Shown piece after piece: positions 1 through 8,860 of a stretch of 64,000 nucleotides of DNA (the stretch's first letter is position 1; every line of letters starts with the position of its first letter). Made by a program: the position numbers and the translations under genes. Origin of the DNA: Polyangiaceae bacterium (lineage in GTDB: Bacteria; Myxococcota_A; Polyangia; Polyangiales; Polyangiaceae); the NCBI GenBank assembly GCA_044376115.1, contig JBILLK010000020.1, positions 64,001-128,000 on the forward strand, written 5' to 3'. Under the pieces are notes generated by a model, which was given only the letters and a program-made list of their open reading frames with translations, was not told the DNA's origin and did no database searches.

Positions 1-1888
1 TCGAAAGCCGGGCATCAAGCCGAAAGAAGGGCTTCACACGGTCGGGGTTGGACGCCAGCTCCCCCGCTGAGACCTCCTCCGCCGGAAACCCAGAGTAGAG
101 CAGGCTGCGCAGGCCCGCCTTCCAGTTCTTTCCGAGGTCGTAAAGAAACGCGACCTGCGCGACGTGGGTCCGGTCATAGGCGCTCGGTACGACCAGCCCC
201 TCATCACTTCGGGTCGTGCGTGACAACGTGTACGACGCGAGGAAGAAGATCGAGCGCGAGAGCGCGCCGCGCGCCGACACCTCCAAACCGTAGCTATCTC
301 CAGTAGAGCGATCGAGAAAGCGCTCAGCACCGAACCCGCCACCGCGATTCTTTCCGATCGCGTCCGTCAGATTGAACGTTGCCTGACGGAAAACGCTGCC
401 TCGAACGTCGATCGGGCCGGTTTCCCCCTCAGCGCCAAAACTGGTTTGCAACGAGCGCTGCAAGCCGCCCGGAATCCCGCCGATTTGCAGCCCTGGTAAC
501 GGCGGAAAGCCGGGCAACTGGGATGCGAGCCCCACCGATGGAACCAGCCGGAACGCGTCGCTGATGCCAAAACGACCCGTAAGCTTCGGATCGATCGCAA
601 AGTCGCTATTGCCCTTGGAATGAAAGTAGTCGAACCGCAAGCCTGGCGTCAGCGTTGCTCGATCTCCCAAGACAATGAGCGTGTCGATCCAAGCGCCCAT
701 CGCTAAGTCGAAGCGAGAGGGAAAGAGCACCTCAAAGGCCTCCCCGAGTTGCGACTCGGTGTCGGCCCCGAGCAGCCCGTCACTACACACGAACGTGGTG
801 CACTCCTGTGTGCCCCCGGGCGTAACGTCATATCCATCGAGCGACAGGTCGAAGCCACCGCGCAAGAGCAGGTTGTCCGTAAGCGGCTTCGACAGCGTTG
901 CTCGACTTGCCAGCTTGTAGTCCCTCGCCTGTTCGACACCGAGCCCACGCGATTGGTCCAACCCCAGTGTGGCGCCCACGCGAGCAGAGCCGCCGCCCGC
1001 AAGCTCTTTGGTGTACCGCAAATCAACCCGATGAAAGTCCGAGTCGAGCAACACGTCCCGCACGTCGTCGGAGATCGTCGCGAGGTAGTCATACGAGCCG
1101 AAGGTGAGCAGCGAAAATTGACTGGTCTCGTCGACCTTGAGCGTCATTCGGCCTTGGTAATCGCCGTAACGGAGGTCGATCGAAGGGACAGCGGCGGAGA
1201 GGATCTCAGCCCCCACCGAGTAGTGACCTCCGAGCAATAGGCTGCCTCGATCATCAGGCAACGGGCCCTCGACGAGGCCGCCCAGATCGACCGTGCGAAA
1301 CACGCCCTCCGCGCGGAACTCCTTTTGAGCTGGGGCCGCGTCGGCATCTACGATCGCGCCGGCGAGCCGGCCAAAGTTCGCCGGGTACGGCCCCATGTGA
1401 AGCTCGACCCGCGAGACCATGCTCGGTGGGATCACGCCTGGCCCAGCGCCAACATGAAACAACATGGGCACGGCGATACCATCGTAAAAATAACCGATAT
1501 TGCCGGGTGGAGCGCCGCGGATGAAGTAGAAGGGAACCCCACTAGCGACCGGGGTTACGCCGGGCTCGACCTCGATAGCTCGGTAGGGATCCCCCAAGAC
1601 GCCGGGCATCTCACGAATCATCTTCCTTCCGAGGGAAGACGCTCCTGCGGGCGCTTTGTCGCCCTCCACCGTTACCAGGATCGGGTCGTCGTAGACGGAG
1701 AACGGTGGCCCCGGCGGACCGACGATCAATCCGGGTGGATCCGCGGCAGCGGCAGCGCCACCCTCCGGCACTGCCACCGGCGCATCTTGCGCGGATATCG
1801 AAGTGGCGTGCAGCAGAATTGCGCCGCCCAGCGCCGAGAAGCGAACCGCATCTCGCGCTGGGCCCTTGCGCAACCGCAGCCGTGTCAC
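1..1888 (-). CDS. TonB-dependent receptor, myxobacterial type; 3' end runs off the left edge
   Basis: Not in the ORF track. Segments translated by hand from GTG at 1888 give a plug motif (EMPGVLGDPYRAIEVEPGVTPVASGVPFYFIRGAPPGNIGYFYDG) and, in the same frame near 350..60, barrel motifs (GDSYGLEVSARG...SYTLSR...PSAYDRTHV...YDLGKNWKAG). The start overlaps the esterase stop (GTGA). The middle section was not checked codon by codon. Confidence 0.85.
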   Translation of the reverse strand, partial: MTRLRLRKGPARDAVRFSALGGAILLHATSISAQDAPVAVPEGGAAAAADPPGLIVGPPGPPFSVYDDPILVTVEGDKAPAGASSLGRKMIREMPGVLGDPYRAIEVEPGVTPVASGVPFYFIRGAPPGNIGYFYDGIAVPMLFHVGAGPGVIPPSMVSRVELHMGPYPANFGRLAGAIVDADAAPAQKEFRAEGVFRTVDLGGLVEGPLPDDRGSLLLGGHYSVGAEILSAAVPSIDLRYGDYQGRMTLKVDETSQFSLLTFGSYDYLATISDDVRDVLLDSDFHRVDLRYTKELAGGGSARVGATLGLDQSRGLGVEQARDYKLASRATLSKPLTDNLLLRGGFDLSLDGYDVTPGGTQECTTFVCSDGLLGADTESQLGEAFEVLFPSRFDLAMGAWIDTLIVLGDRATLTPGLRFDYFHSKGNSDFAIDPKLTGRFGISDAFRLVPSVGLASQLPGFPPLPGLQIGGIPGGLQRSLQTSFGAEGETGPIDVRGSVFRQATFNLTDAIGKNRGGGFGAERFLDRSTGDSYGLEVSARGALSRSIFFLASYTLSRTTRSDEGLVVPSAYDRTHVAQVAFLYDLGKNWKAGLRSLLYSGFPAEEVSAGELASNPDRVKPFFRLDARLS

Positions 1889-2640
1889 CAGCCCAAACGC
1901 TCGCCGATATAGTGCGGAAGCATGCGACGCCACCAAGGCCAATCGTGGTTCACGTCGTATCCCCATAGATCGAGGTTGTGAGCGATCCCGCGGGTAGAGA
2001 GAACTCGTGAGAGCTGCTCGGAGCGATGCGGCGCCTCATAGGCGCCACGGCCCGAGACAATATGAATCTGGGTGTGGTGCTTCAACAGGTCGAGGTCGCG
2101 GCCGTTCAGATTCGACAGGTACGACACCGGGTTGTTGAAGTAGATGTCGTCGTTCATGTGGCCTTCGGTGTAGCCGGGCTCCAAGTCATAGAAGCCGCTC
2201 ATCGCGATCACCGTGTCGAACAGATCCGGCCGACGGAACAGGGTGTTGGCGGCGTGAAACGCACCAAAGCTTGCGCCGCTCGTCGCAATGCGAACATCCC
2301 CGCAGACGCGGCGGATGTGCGGGACGACCTCTTCTTCGATGTACTGCGAATAAAGGCGCTGACGACGCGCCTTCTCCAGCGGGTGGATGTCGTCATTCAT
2401 CCACGCGTACTTGTTGATGCTGTCAATCGAGAAGACCCTAACCTTGCCGGCGAAAATCAACGGCTCGATCGACTTGATCAAGAAGAAGCGCTCATTCTCA
2501 AGGAAGTCAGCTTGGGCGGTGGGGAAGAGCAGGAGCGGATGACCTCGTTCGCCGTAGCTTACGATCGGCATGTCGAGGCTCAGGTTCGGCGAATGCCACC
2601 CGAAGATGTGACGCGGCAGGTTGGGGTCGACGTATTGCAT
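1885..2640 (-). CDS. Putative esterase, alpha/beta hydrolase fold
   Basis: Nucleophile elbow GASFGAFHA, IAMSG, and C-terminal HDWPWW. Likely start is ATG at 2640 (MQYVDPN) rather than 2679. Confidence 0.85.
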   Translation of the reverse strand: MQYVDPNLPRHIFGWHSPNLSLDMPIVSYGERGHPLLLFPTAQADFLENERFFLIKSIEPLIFAGKVRVFSIDSINKYAWMNDDIHPLEKARRQRLYSQYIEEEVVPHIRRVCGDVRIATSGASFGAFHAANTLFRRPDLFDTVIAMSGFYDLEPGYTEGHMNDDIYFNNPVSYLSNLNGRDLDLLKHHTQIHIVSGRGAYEAPHRSEQLSRVLSTRGIAHNLDLWGYDVNHDWPWWRRMLPHYIGERLGW

Positions 2641-2812
2641 GGAGCCCGTTCTAGTACGAGGCAGCTTGCGAGCTGGCAAGAGGAAGGGGCCAGCGCTCCA
2701 ACCGAAAGTCAGCGCCGGGGTGGGTCAAACCACCACCCAAGTCCCCGAATTGAACGACTTAGCCCGCAATGCTGGCGTTGACCGCCCGTCTTCCCGCGAC
2801 TAGCGAAAGGCT

Positions 2813-4657
2813 ATGAGCTTTGCGTTCCTCTCTCGTTCGGCCCTTGCCTCGCTCGTCGCTGTTGGCGCACTCGGTTTCGCCTTTGAGGCGTCCGCACAAC
2901 AGCTCCGCTTCGGCACCACCCAACCCGGCAACGTCATTGCAGCCGGAAATACGCTTGGGCTCGCCAAACAGACCGGGCTCAACGGGCCGGGAACGCAGGA
3001 CGCAATTGGCACCTTCATCTCGCTAGACCCGAACAGCGTCGACAACGTGCCGGCGAACGTGGCCAACCCCTGGGGCCCCAACACAACCTCGGACTGGACG
3101 GTCAACGGCTCCTCCGCCTCGCTCGCCCTCCCGGTTGAAGCCTCGGTGCTCTATGCCGAGTTGGTTTGGGGCGGGAGCTTCCAATACGGCGATGAAAATG
3201 TCCTCGCCGATCTCGGCGCATCCGTCACGCTCTCCTCCGACGGAGCTCAAATCACCGTTTCACCGGACGCCGGCACCGGGGTCACCGTGAACGAAGCGGG
3301 CTCGTTCCCCATTCGCTATTACATGCGCAGCAACGAGGTCACCCAGTTCATTCAGACGCATGGAAGTGGGGCTTACACGGTGGAAGGTGTACCTGGCACA
3401 CAAAGCGCCGCCACCAACACGACGAACGCAGCCGGTTGGACGCTGATTGTCGCCTACCGCTACGACAGTGAGCCTATCCGCAACATGAGCGTGTTCGTCG
3501 GCGGCCTGTTCGTTGATGAAGACTCCACCGTGGATTACCCAGTTAGCGGCTTCTGCGCTCCGCCCACCACGCCAATCGAGGGGACGATCGCGATCGCCAC
3601 GCTCGAGGGCGACGCGAACCGCGTAGGCGACCAGCTCGCTATCGGTGAGACCGTCGCTGATCCCAGCTTCATCTTGCTCTCGGGGCCGAATAACCCGGTC
3701 AATAACTTCTTCTGCTCGCAGATCAACGGCCCCGACGGCCTCGTTGACACCTCAGGGTCATTCGGGACGAGCAACCACGAGACGACCGACACCAACGCAA
3801 CGCCTTCCCAAAACACCAACAACGTTTCAGGGGCTAGGCAGGGCTGGGACGTTGCGCAGCTCGAGCTCACGAGCGCCGCCGGTCACCTCGTGCCCAACCA
3901 GGAGAGCGCGGTGCTGCGTACGCAGACGGATAGCGATAGCTATATGCCTGTGCTCGCCGGCATCGCTATCGATGTAAACGCGCCGAAGTTCCTCTATGAA
4001 AACTCTGGCACGACGATCGACAAGGACAGCGTCACCCTCGGGGACACCTTCACCGTAACCGCCAACATCCTCAATGAAGGAAGCGCACCAGCCAACGATG
4101 TAGCGTTCACCCTCGACTTGCCGAACGGGATCGCGCTGACGAGCTTCACGACCAACGGCGCGGCCGGCGATATCAACGGCAACACGGTGACCCTGCCGAC
4201 GCTCGAGTCGGGCGTGGATATGGGGGACATCGACACCAACCAAGGCCGTGAGGTCGAGCTGACGCTGGAGGTCACGGCAGCGCAGCCCTCCAATATCGTC
4301 ATTAAGCCGATCTGGGAGTACAACTACACAATCTGCATCAACGACAACCCGACCAATGAGGTCTTCAACGGGAAGATCGACTCGGTCACCTACGTGCCAG
4401 AGATGGGACAAGGCGGCGCAGGCGGTGCTGGTGGCTCGGGCGGCAACGGTGGCGCTGGTGGTTTGGGCGGCCAGGGCGGTGAAGGCGCAACGGGCGGGCT
4501 TGGCGGCGAAGGCGGCGGCAACGAGGATGCGTTCCCCCAGGGCGGCGGCCTGTTCTCATGTCAGAGCAACTCGCTCACGAGCAGCCCCTCCTGGTTCGGT
4601 GGGGGCGCGTTGCTCGGGCTGTTGGCGCTCGCAAGCCGACGCCGCCGTCGCAGCTGA
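2813..4657 (+). CDS. Secreted cell-surface protein (DUF3344/DUF11-like) with Gly-rich linker and MYXO-CTERM-type sorting signal
   Basis: Signal peptide (..ASAQ), GNTLGL and YAELVWGG motifs, DUF11-like segment KDSVTLGDTFTVTANILNEG, poly-G linker, then GGG.FSC...hydrophobic helix-RRRRRS. Confidence 0.75.
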   Translation: MSFAFLSRSALASLVAVGALGFAFEASAQQLRFGTTQPGNVIAAGNTLGLAKQTGLNGPGTQDAIGTFISLDPNSVDNVPANVANPWGPNTTSDWTVNGSSASLALPVEASVLYAELVWGGSFQYGDENVLADLGASVTLSSDGAQITVSPDAGTGVTVNEAGSFPIRYYMRSNEVTQFIQTHGSGAYTVEGVPGTQSAATNTTNAAGWTLIVAYRYDSEPIRNMSVFVGGLFVDEDSTVDYPVSGFCAPPTTPIEGTIAIATLEGDANRVGDQLAIGETVADPSFILLSGPNNPVNNFFCSQINGPDGLVDTSGSFGTSNHETTDTNATPSQNTNNVSGARQGWDVAQLELTSAAGHLVPNQESAVLRTQTDSDSYMPVLAGIAIDVNAPKFLYENSGTTIDKDSVTLGDTFTVTANILNEGSAPANDVAFTLDLPNGIALTSFTTNGAAGDINGNTVTLPTLESGVDMGDIDTNQGREVELTLEVTAAQPSNIVIKPIWEYNYTICINDNPTNEVFNGKIDSVTYVPEMGQGGAGGAGGSGGNGGAGGLGGQGGEGATGGLGGEGGGNEDAFPQGGGLFSCQSNSLTSSPSWFGGGALLGLLALASRRRRRS

Positions 4658-4689
4658 GCGGAATCATAAATCGGGCGGCATCAAAACCA

Positions 4690-6102
4690 GTGGTCACCTC
4701 GAGCTTCGCTGCGGAACTCAGCCACTGGGATGCCGCCACGACCGCAGCTAAGGTCCGCGGTCGTGAAGTGAGTCGTCGAGAAGTCCTCGAGGCTGCGCGG
4801 CTGCGTGCTGAAGCGGTCGCGCACCTCGGAGCCGTCGTCTGCGAACGCTACGCGCAGGCCACCGCTGAGACCGAGCGCAGCGGGCCCTTCGCCTCCGTGC
4901 CGACCTTCATAAAGGACCTGGCGCACGTGCAAGGCATACGAACCCGCTGGGGCTCGCGTGCGAGCGGAAGCTTCATCGCTCGCAAGCACAGCCCCATCAC
5001 CGAGCGCTTTAACGAGCTCGGCTTCGTTACGTTGGGCAAAAGCGCAACGCCCGAGCTTGGCCTGATCGCCGCGACCGAGCCAATCGCCCAGTCGCCCTGT
5101 CGTAACCCTTGGGACCCAACGCGCTCCCCCGGCGGCTCATCGGGGGGCGCGGGGTGTTTGGTTGCGGCGGGGGTCGTGCCGCTCGCTCACGCCAGTGACG
5201 GCGGTGGCTCGATTCGTATCCCGGCTGCAGTCAATGGGCTCGTGGGCCTCAAGCCCTCGCGGCGCAGGCTCGACATGGAGGGCTCTAACTTATTGCCCGT
5301 CAACATCGCAACTGACGGCGTATTGACCCGAACCGTCCACGACACGATCGCTTTTTACCAACATATCGAGGGAGCCCGCCCGCCGCGGGGAGTGAAGGCT
5401 GTGGGCGCGGTCCCACCAAAGCCCGAGCGCGCGCTGCGGATAGGAGTATTCGTGGACTCTCCGATCGGCACCACGGTGGACGAGGACGTGAAGAGCAGCG
5501 TGCTTGCCGCCGCGCGCAGCTGTGAGGAGCTCGGCCACAAGGTTGAAAGCCTGTCCTGCCCGTTTACAGCGCAGGTGGTGGACGACTTCTTACTTTATTG
5601 GGGATTCGCGGCGTGGCTGCAGAAGGTGACCGCGCGCATAATGCTGCATCGCGGCTTTGATTCAGCGAAGCTCGAGCCCTGGAGCTTGCGCATGGCCCAG
5701 ACGTTTCTCGAGCAGCCTCGCGGTTGCGCAGAGGCAATCCTTCGGCTGCGTGGCTTTCAGGCCACCTACGCCGAATGGTTCCGCCGCTTTGACGTGCTCA
5801 TGTGCCCCACCGTCGCCTCCGCCGCCCTGCCGATTGGCCACCTGGCGACCGACCTTCCCTACGAAACGGTGCGCGCCCGCCTGCGCACCTTTACGCCTTT
5901 CACACCCATTCAGAACGCCTCCGGTGCACCGGCAATTTCGCTACCGCTCGGCCGCAGTGCGAGCGGGTTGCCCATCGGCGTGCAGTTCGCCGCAGCTTGC
6001 GGTGAAGATGCGCTGCTATTGTCGCTAGCCCTTTCGCTGGAGGAGCACTCTCCTTGGCCGCGATCTGCGCCGCCCCCAGCCCCGCCCGGCCCTACGCAAT
6101 AG
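4690..6102 (+). CDS. Amidase (amidase signature family)
   Basis: PTFIKD (catalytic Lys), PGGSSGG, SDGGGSIRIPA and NASGAPAISLP. Start placed at in-frame GTG 4690, after the upstream stop. Confidence 0.9.
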   Translation: MVTSSFAAELSHWDAATTAAKVRGREVSRREVLEAARLRAEAVAHLGAVVCERYAQATAETERSGPFASVPTFIKDLAHVQGIRTRWGSRASGSFIARKHSPITERFNELGFVTLGKSATPELGLIAATEPIAQSPCRNPWDPTRSPGGSSGGAGCLVAAGVVPLAHASDGGGSIRIPAAVNGLVGLKPSRRRLDMEGSNLLPVNIATDGVLTRTVHDTIAFYQHIEGARPPRGVKAVGAVPPKPERALRIGVFVDSPIGTTVDEDVKSSVLAAARSCEELGHKVESLSCPFTAQVVDDFLLYWGFAAWLQKVTARIMLHRGFDSAKLEPWSLRMAQTFLEQPRGCAEAILRLRGFQATYAEWFRRFDVLMCPTVASAALPIGHLATDLPYETVRARLRTFTPFTPIQNASGAPAISLPLGRSASGLPIGVQFAAACGEDALLLSLALSLEEHSPWPRSAPPPAPPGPTQ

Positions 6103-7837
6103 GCTCCACTCGCACCGAGGCCTGAAGCGTCTCTGCGCCCCCGCCGACATAGATTGTCCCGGAGGTGGGGGTCGCATCGACATAGCTACGGCCGTGGGCA
6201 ACGCGGATATGCTCCGTTTGCGTGAGGACGCCGTTGGTTGGATCAAAACCCACCCAACCAACTTCAGGAAGGTAGAGCTCGACCCAGGCGTGAGAAGCCT
6301 CTGACTGTGCGGTATTCTCGGCCTTGGGCCCGGTGTACACGTAGCCACAACTATATCGCGCCGGAATACCAAGCAGGCGCGCGAGCGATATAAATAGATT
6401 CGTAAAATCTTGACACACCCCGCGACGATTCGCGTACACGTCAAACGCGGTGGTCGCCAAGGTCGTTGTACCTTGAAGGTACTTGTACTCTTTGAAGATC
6501 GACCGGTTCATGTCGAGCACCGTGCCGATTAGATCGTAGTCGTTCCGCTCGACGAAGGTCATGGCGTACTCGGCCAACTCCTGAAGCTGCGTCTCGGGGA
6601 GCTCCTCGGGCAGGAGGTAGGGCGCCATCATTTCGCGCTGCCACGGCATCCACACCAGCGGGATCGCCCTTCGGGCGTGCAGCGGCTTGAATACCAGCGG
6701 GTCCGTGTCGAGCAGATCCACCTTCGAGCGCGCCACCACCGAGAGCTCCTTGTACGGCTTTTCAATCAAGAGCCGGCGGGCGCGATTGCCAAACACATCG
6801 TCAAAATCGATCTGTCGGCCCTCGAAGATTTTACCGTCCAGCATCAGCTCAATCGAGTGCTCACGAACCCGTTGCAGCCGCGTATGCGCGGGCGTCAATT
6901 TGAGCAGGTGGCTGCTCCGTTCAACGGCTACTTTATAGCGATAAACCGTGCTGTGGATGATCTCGTAGGAGCGTGGCTCCGCCTTCTGCGGTGACTCTTG
7001 CACCGGCCGGATCGTCCGGGTCGACGTCATCGGTGCGCAGCTGTCCCCGCCGATCTCGGCGATGACGGCCCCCTGGCGCACGACGATCAGGTGGCTGGGT
7101 GGCACCTGCGTCCATTCCATGGGCTTACCGTCGGCGCGCTCGAGGGGAGAGGACGAGACCACCACGCCCTTCCTCGAGATCTCCCCGCGACGGGTGAGGT
7201 CCACCTGCAGTTCGTCATCCCCGAACACGAGCGTATCCCCGAGCGGTGGTAGTAACCGCGAGAGATAGAGCCCGCCGTTCCCGCCTGCGTCGGCGTAGAT
7301 CAACAGGTCCGTACCGTCGCTGATGACCAGCGATAGTGTGCCGTGACAGTTGAGGTCCTCCAGTTCGGCACGGAGCCGCTCGAGGTCACAGGCGCCGATC
7401 GACTTCCAGCCAGACTCCTCGATACGTTCGAGCAAATCGCAGAAAATGATCTCGGTATCGGTGGACCCCACCGGCTCGAAGCGCCCCTCGCTGACCAGCC
7501 GCTCACGCAAGCTACCGCTGTGGCCGATCAGCCAGTCCCGCTGACCGTAGGACCTGGAGAACGGTTGCGTATTCGCGTCGCTGTTCTGGCCCCAGGTCGC
7601 CGTTCGAATATGAATCACGAACAGCGACGACGCGAGGTGGTCCCACGCCTTGACCAACTCACTTCGAATACTGCCGCTCGACGGAGCTGCCTCTTTGAAA
7701 ACCGAAGCGGAGGGCTCACCGCCCGGGTAGTAGCCAATTCCCCAACCATCAGGATGTTTGCGGCCAGGTTGCAGACACCGAAGGTCGAACGACGGGGCGA
7801 GCGTGCCTTCGAACGACATCGCGAAGAGGTTGGGCAT
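6092..7837 (-). CDS. Fusion of a degenerate class II glutamine amidotransferase (YafJ/EgtC-like) domain and a transglutaminase-like domain
   Basis: N-half: DGWGIGYY, HIRTAT, NTQPF, GSTDTE. C-half: IIHSTVYRY, DDVFGN, triad motifs GVCQDF / SHAW / GFDPTN. GAGAGG RBS before the ATG. Confidence 0.88.
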   Translation of the reverse strand: MPNLFAMSFEGTLAPSFDLRCLQPGRKHPDGWGIGYYPGGEPSASVFKEAAPSSGSIRSELVKAWDHLASSLFVIHIRTATWGQNSDANTQPFSRSYGQRDWLIGHSGSLRERLVSEGRFEPVGSTDTEIIFCDLLERIEESGWKSIGACDLERLRAELEDLNCHGTLSLVISDGTDLLIYADAGGNGGLYLSRLLPPLGDTLVFGDDELQVDLTRRGEISRKGVVVSSSPLERADGKPMEWTQVPPSHLIVVRQGAVIAEIGGDSCAPMTSTRTIRPVQESPQKAEPRSYEIIHSTVYRYKVAVERSSHLLKLTPAHTRLQRVREHSIELMLDGKIFEGRQIDFDDVFGNRARRLLIEKPYKELSVVARSKVDLLDTDPLVFKPLHARRAIPLVWMPWQREMMAPYLLPEELPETQLQELAEYAMTFVERNDYDLIGTVLDMNRSIFKEYKYLQGTTTLATTAFDVYANRRGVCQDFTNLFISLARLLGIPARYSCGYVYTGPKAENTAQSEASHAWVELYLPEVGWVGFDPTNGVLTQTEHIRVAHGRSYVDATPTSGTIYVGGGAETLQASVRVEPIA

Positions 7838-7867
7838 GACCTCTCAACAGCTACCGCGACGCGGCGA

Positions 7868-8860
7868 TCATTGCGACTGGTTTTGCAGCTGAGTCCGCGG
7901 ACCGGCGTTCAGAAGTTCTTCGGCTACCGAGTTGCACACTTCATGCACCTGCTCGACCACGTGCGTAAGCGCAGCGTGAACCCCACTTCCGCTCAACGAT
8001 TCCGCGGAAAGCCCTTCGATAAAGGCCTGAAGCTCCGCTAGTACGCGCAGGGCTGCAGAGCCCGGTACGTACGGTTGGCCCTGTGCTGCGAGGCAGATCG
8101 CCGACAGGCGCTGTCGTGCATAGCCAGTCGAGTAAAGCACCGAGCGAGGAAACTGGGCCTCCTTGATCAAGAACGCCGCCACGCTGGCACCACTTACCTT
8201 GCCGCGGTTTCGTTTCATGAATGCCTCGAACCCCGAGCAGGCTCGCAAGAGCGAGAGCCACAGACCGGTCTCGAGCACTGCGTGCTCCGCCGAGTCCGCC
8301 GACAAGGCGTGATGCTCGACATCGAGCAGCCGCGCGGTCTGACTGACCCGCTCGAGCGATACGCCAAGCCAGATGAAGTCGAGCGGCATGTCGTGCAGCA
8401 TCGTGCTGCGGAGGAGCCCGAGCCCAAGCTGAGTAGCCTTGCGAATGCGCCCGTAGAAGGCATCCCGATTGTCCTCGAACATTCGCGCCGCTTCCTCGGA
8501 ATGGAAGAACACGTAGAGTTCATTGATGGTCTGCCAAACCTCGAGGCTCACGACCTCGCGTATCGAGCGAGCGTTCTCCCGCGCCGCGACGATCGAACGG
8601 GCGAGCGAGACTGGATTTTCTTCATCCCTGACTAGATAACGTTGAACCGCCTCTCCCTGCCCGAGCGCCTCCCTGCCGAAGCGCGAGACAAAGTCCTGCT
8701 CTTGGCCCGAGACGATCACCAGCGGCGGCCAAATGCGCGACGATGGCAGCTCGGCATCGAGCACGATGGAACTCGTAACCTGGAGCTGCCGCGCCGTGCT
8801 CTCCGTACGTTCGATATAGCGCCCTAGCCAGAAACAGTGATCGGCGACCCGGGTAATCAT
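7868..8860 (-). CDS. Alpha-E domain protein (DUF403)
   Basis: MITRVADHCFWLGRYIERTESTAR, ARENARSIRE, LGVSLER and FPRS motifs. Confidence 0.92.
   Translation of the reverse strand: MITRVADHCFWLGRYIERTESTARQLQVTSSIVLDAELPSSRIWPPLVIVSGQEQDFVSRFGREALGQGEAVQRYLVRDEENPVSLARSIVAARENARSIREVVSLEVWQTINELYVFFHSEEAARMFEDNRDAFYGRIRKATQLGLGLLRSTMLHDMPLDFIWLGVSLERVSQTARLLDVEHHALSADSAEHAVLETGLWLSLLRACSGFEAFMKRNRGKVSGASVAAFLIKEAQFPRSVLYSTGYARQRLSAICLAAQGQPYVPGSAALRVLAELQAFIEGLSAESLSGSGVHAALTHVVEQVHEVCNSVAEELLNAGPRTQLQNQSQ

Noticed and set aside
34..1997. Many short ORFs listed at the left edge
   Set aside because: All are explained as shadows of the TonB receptor frame that runs off the edge, or of the esterase.
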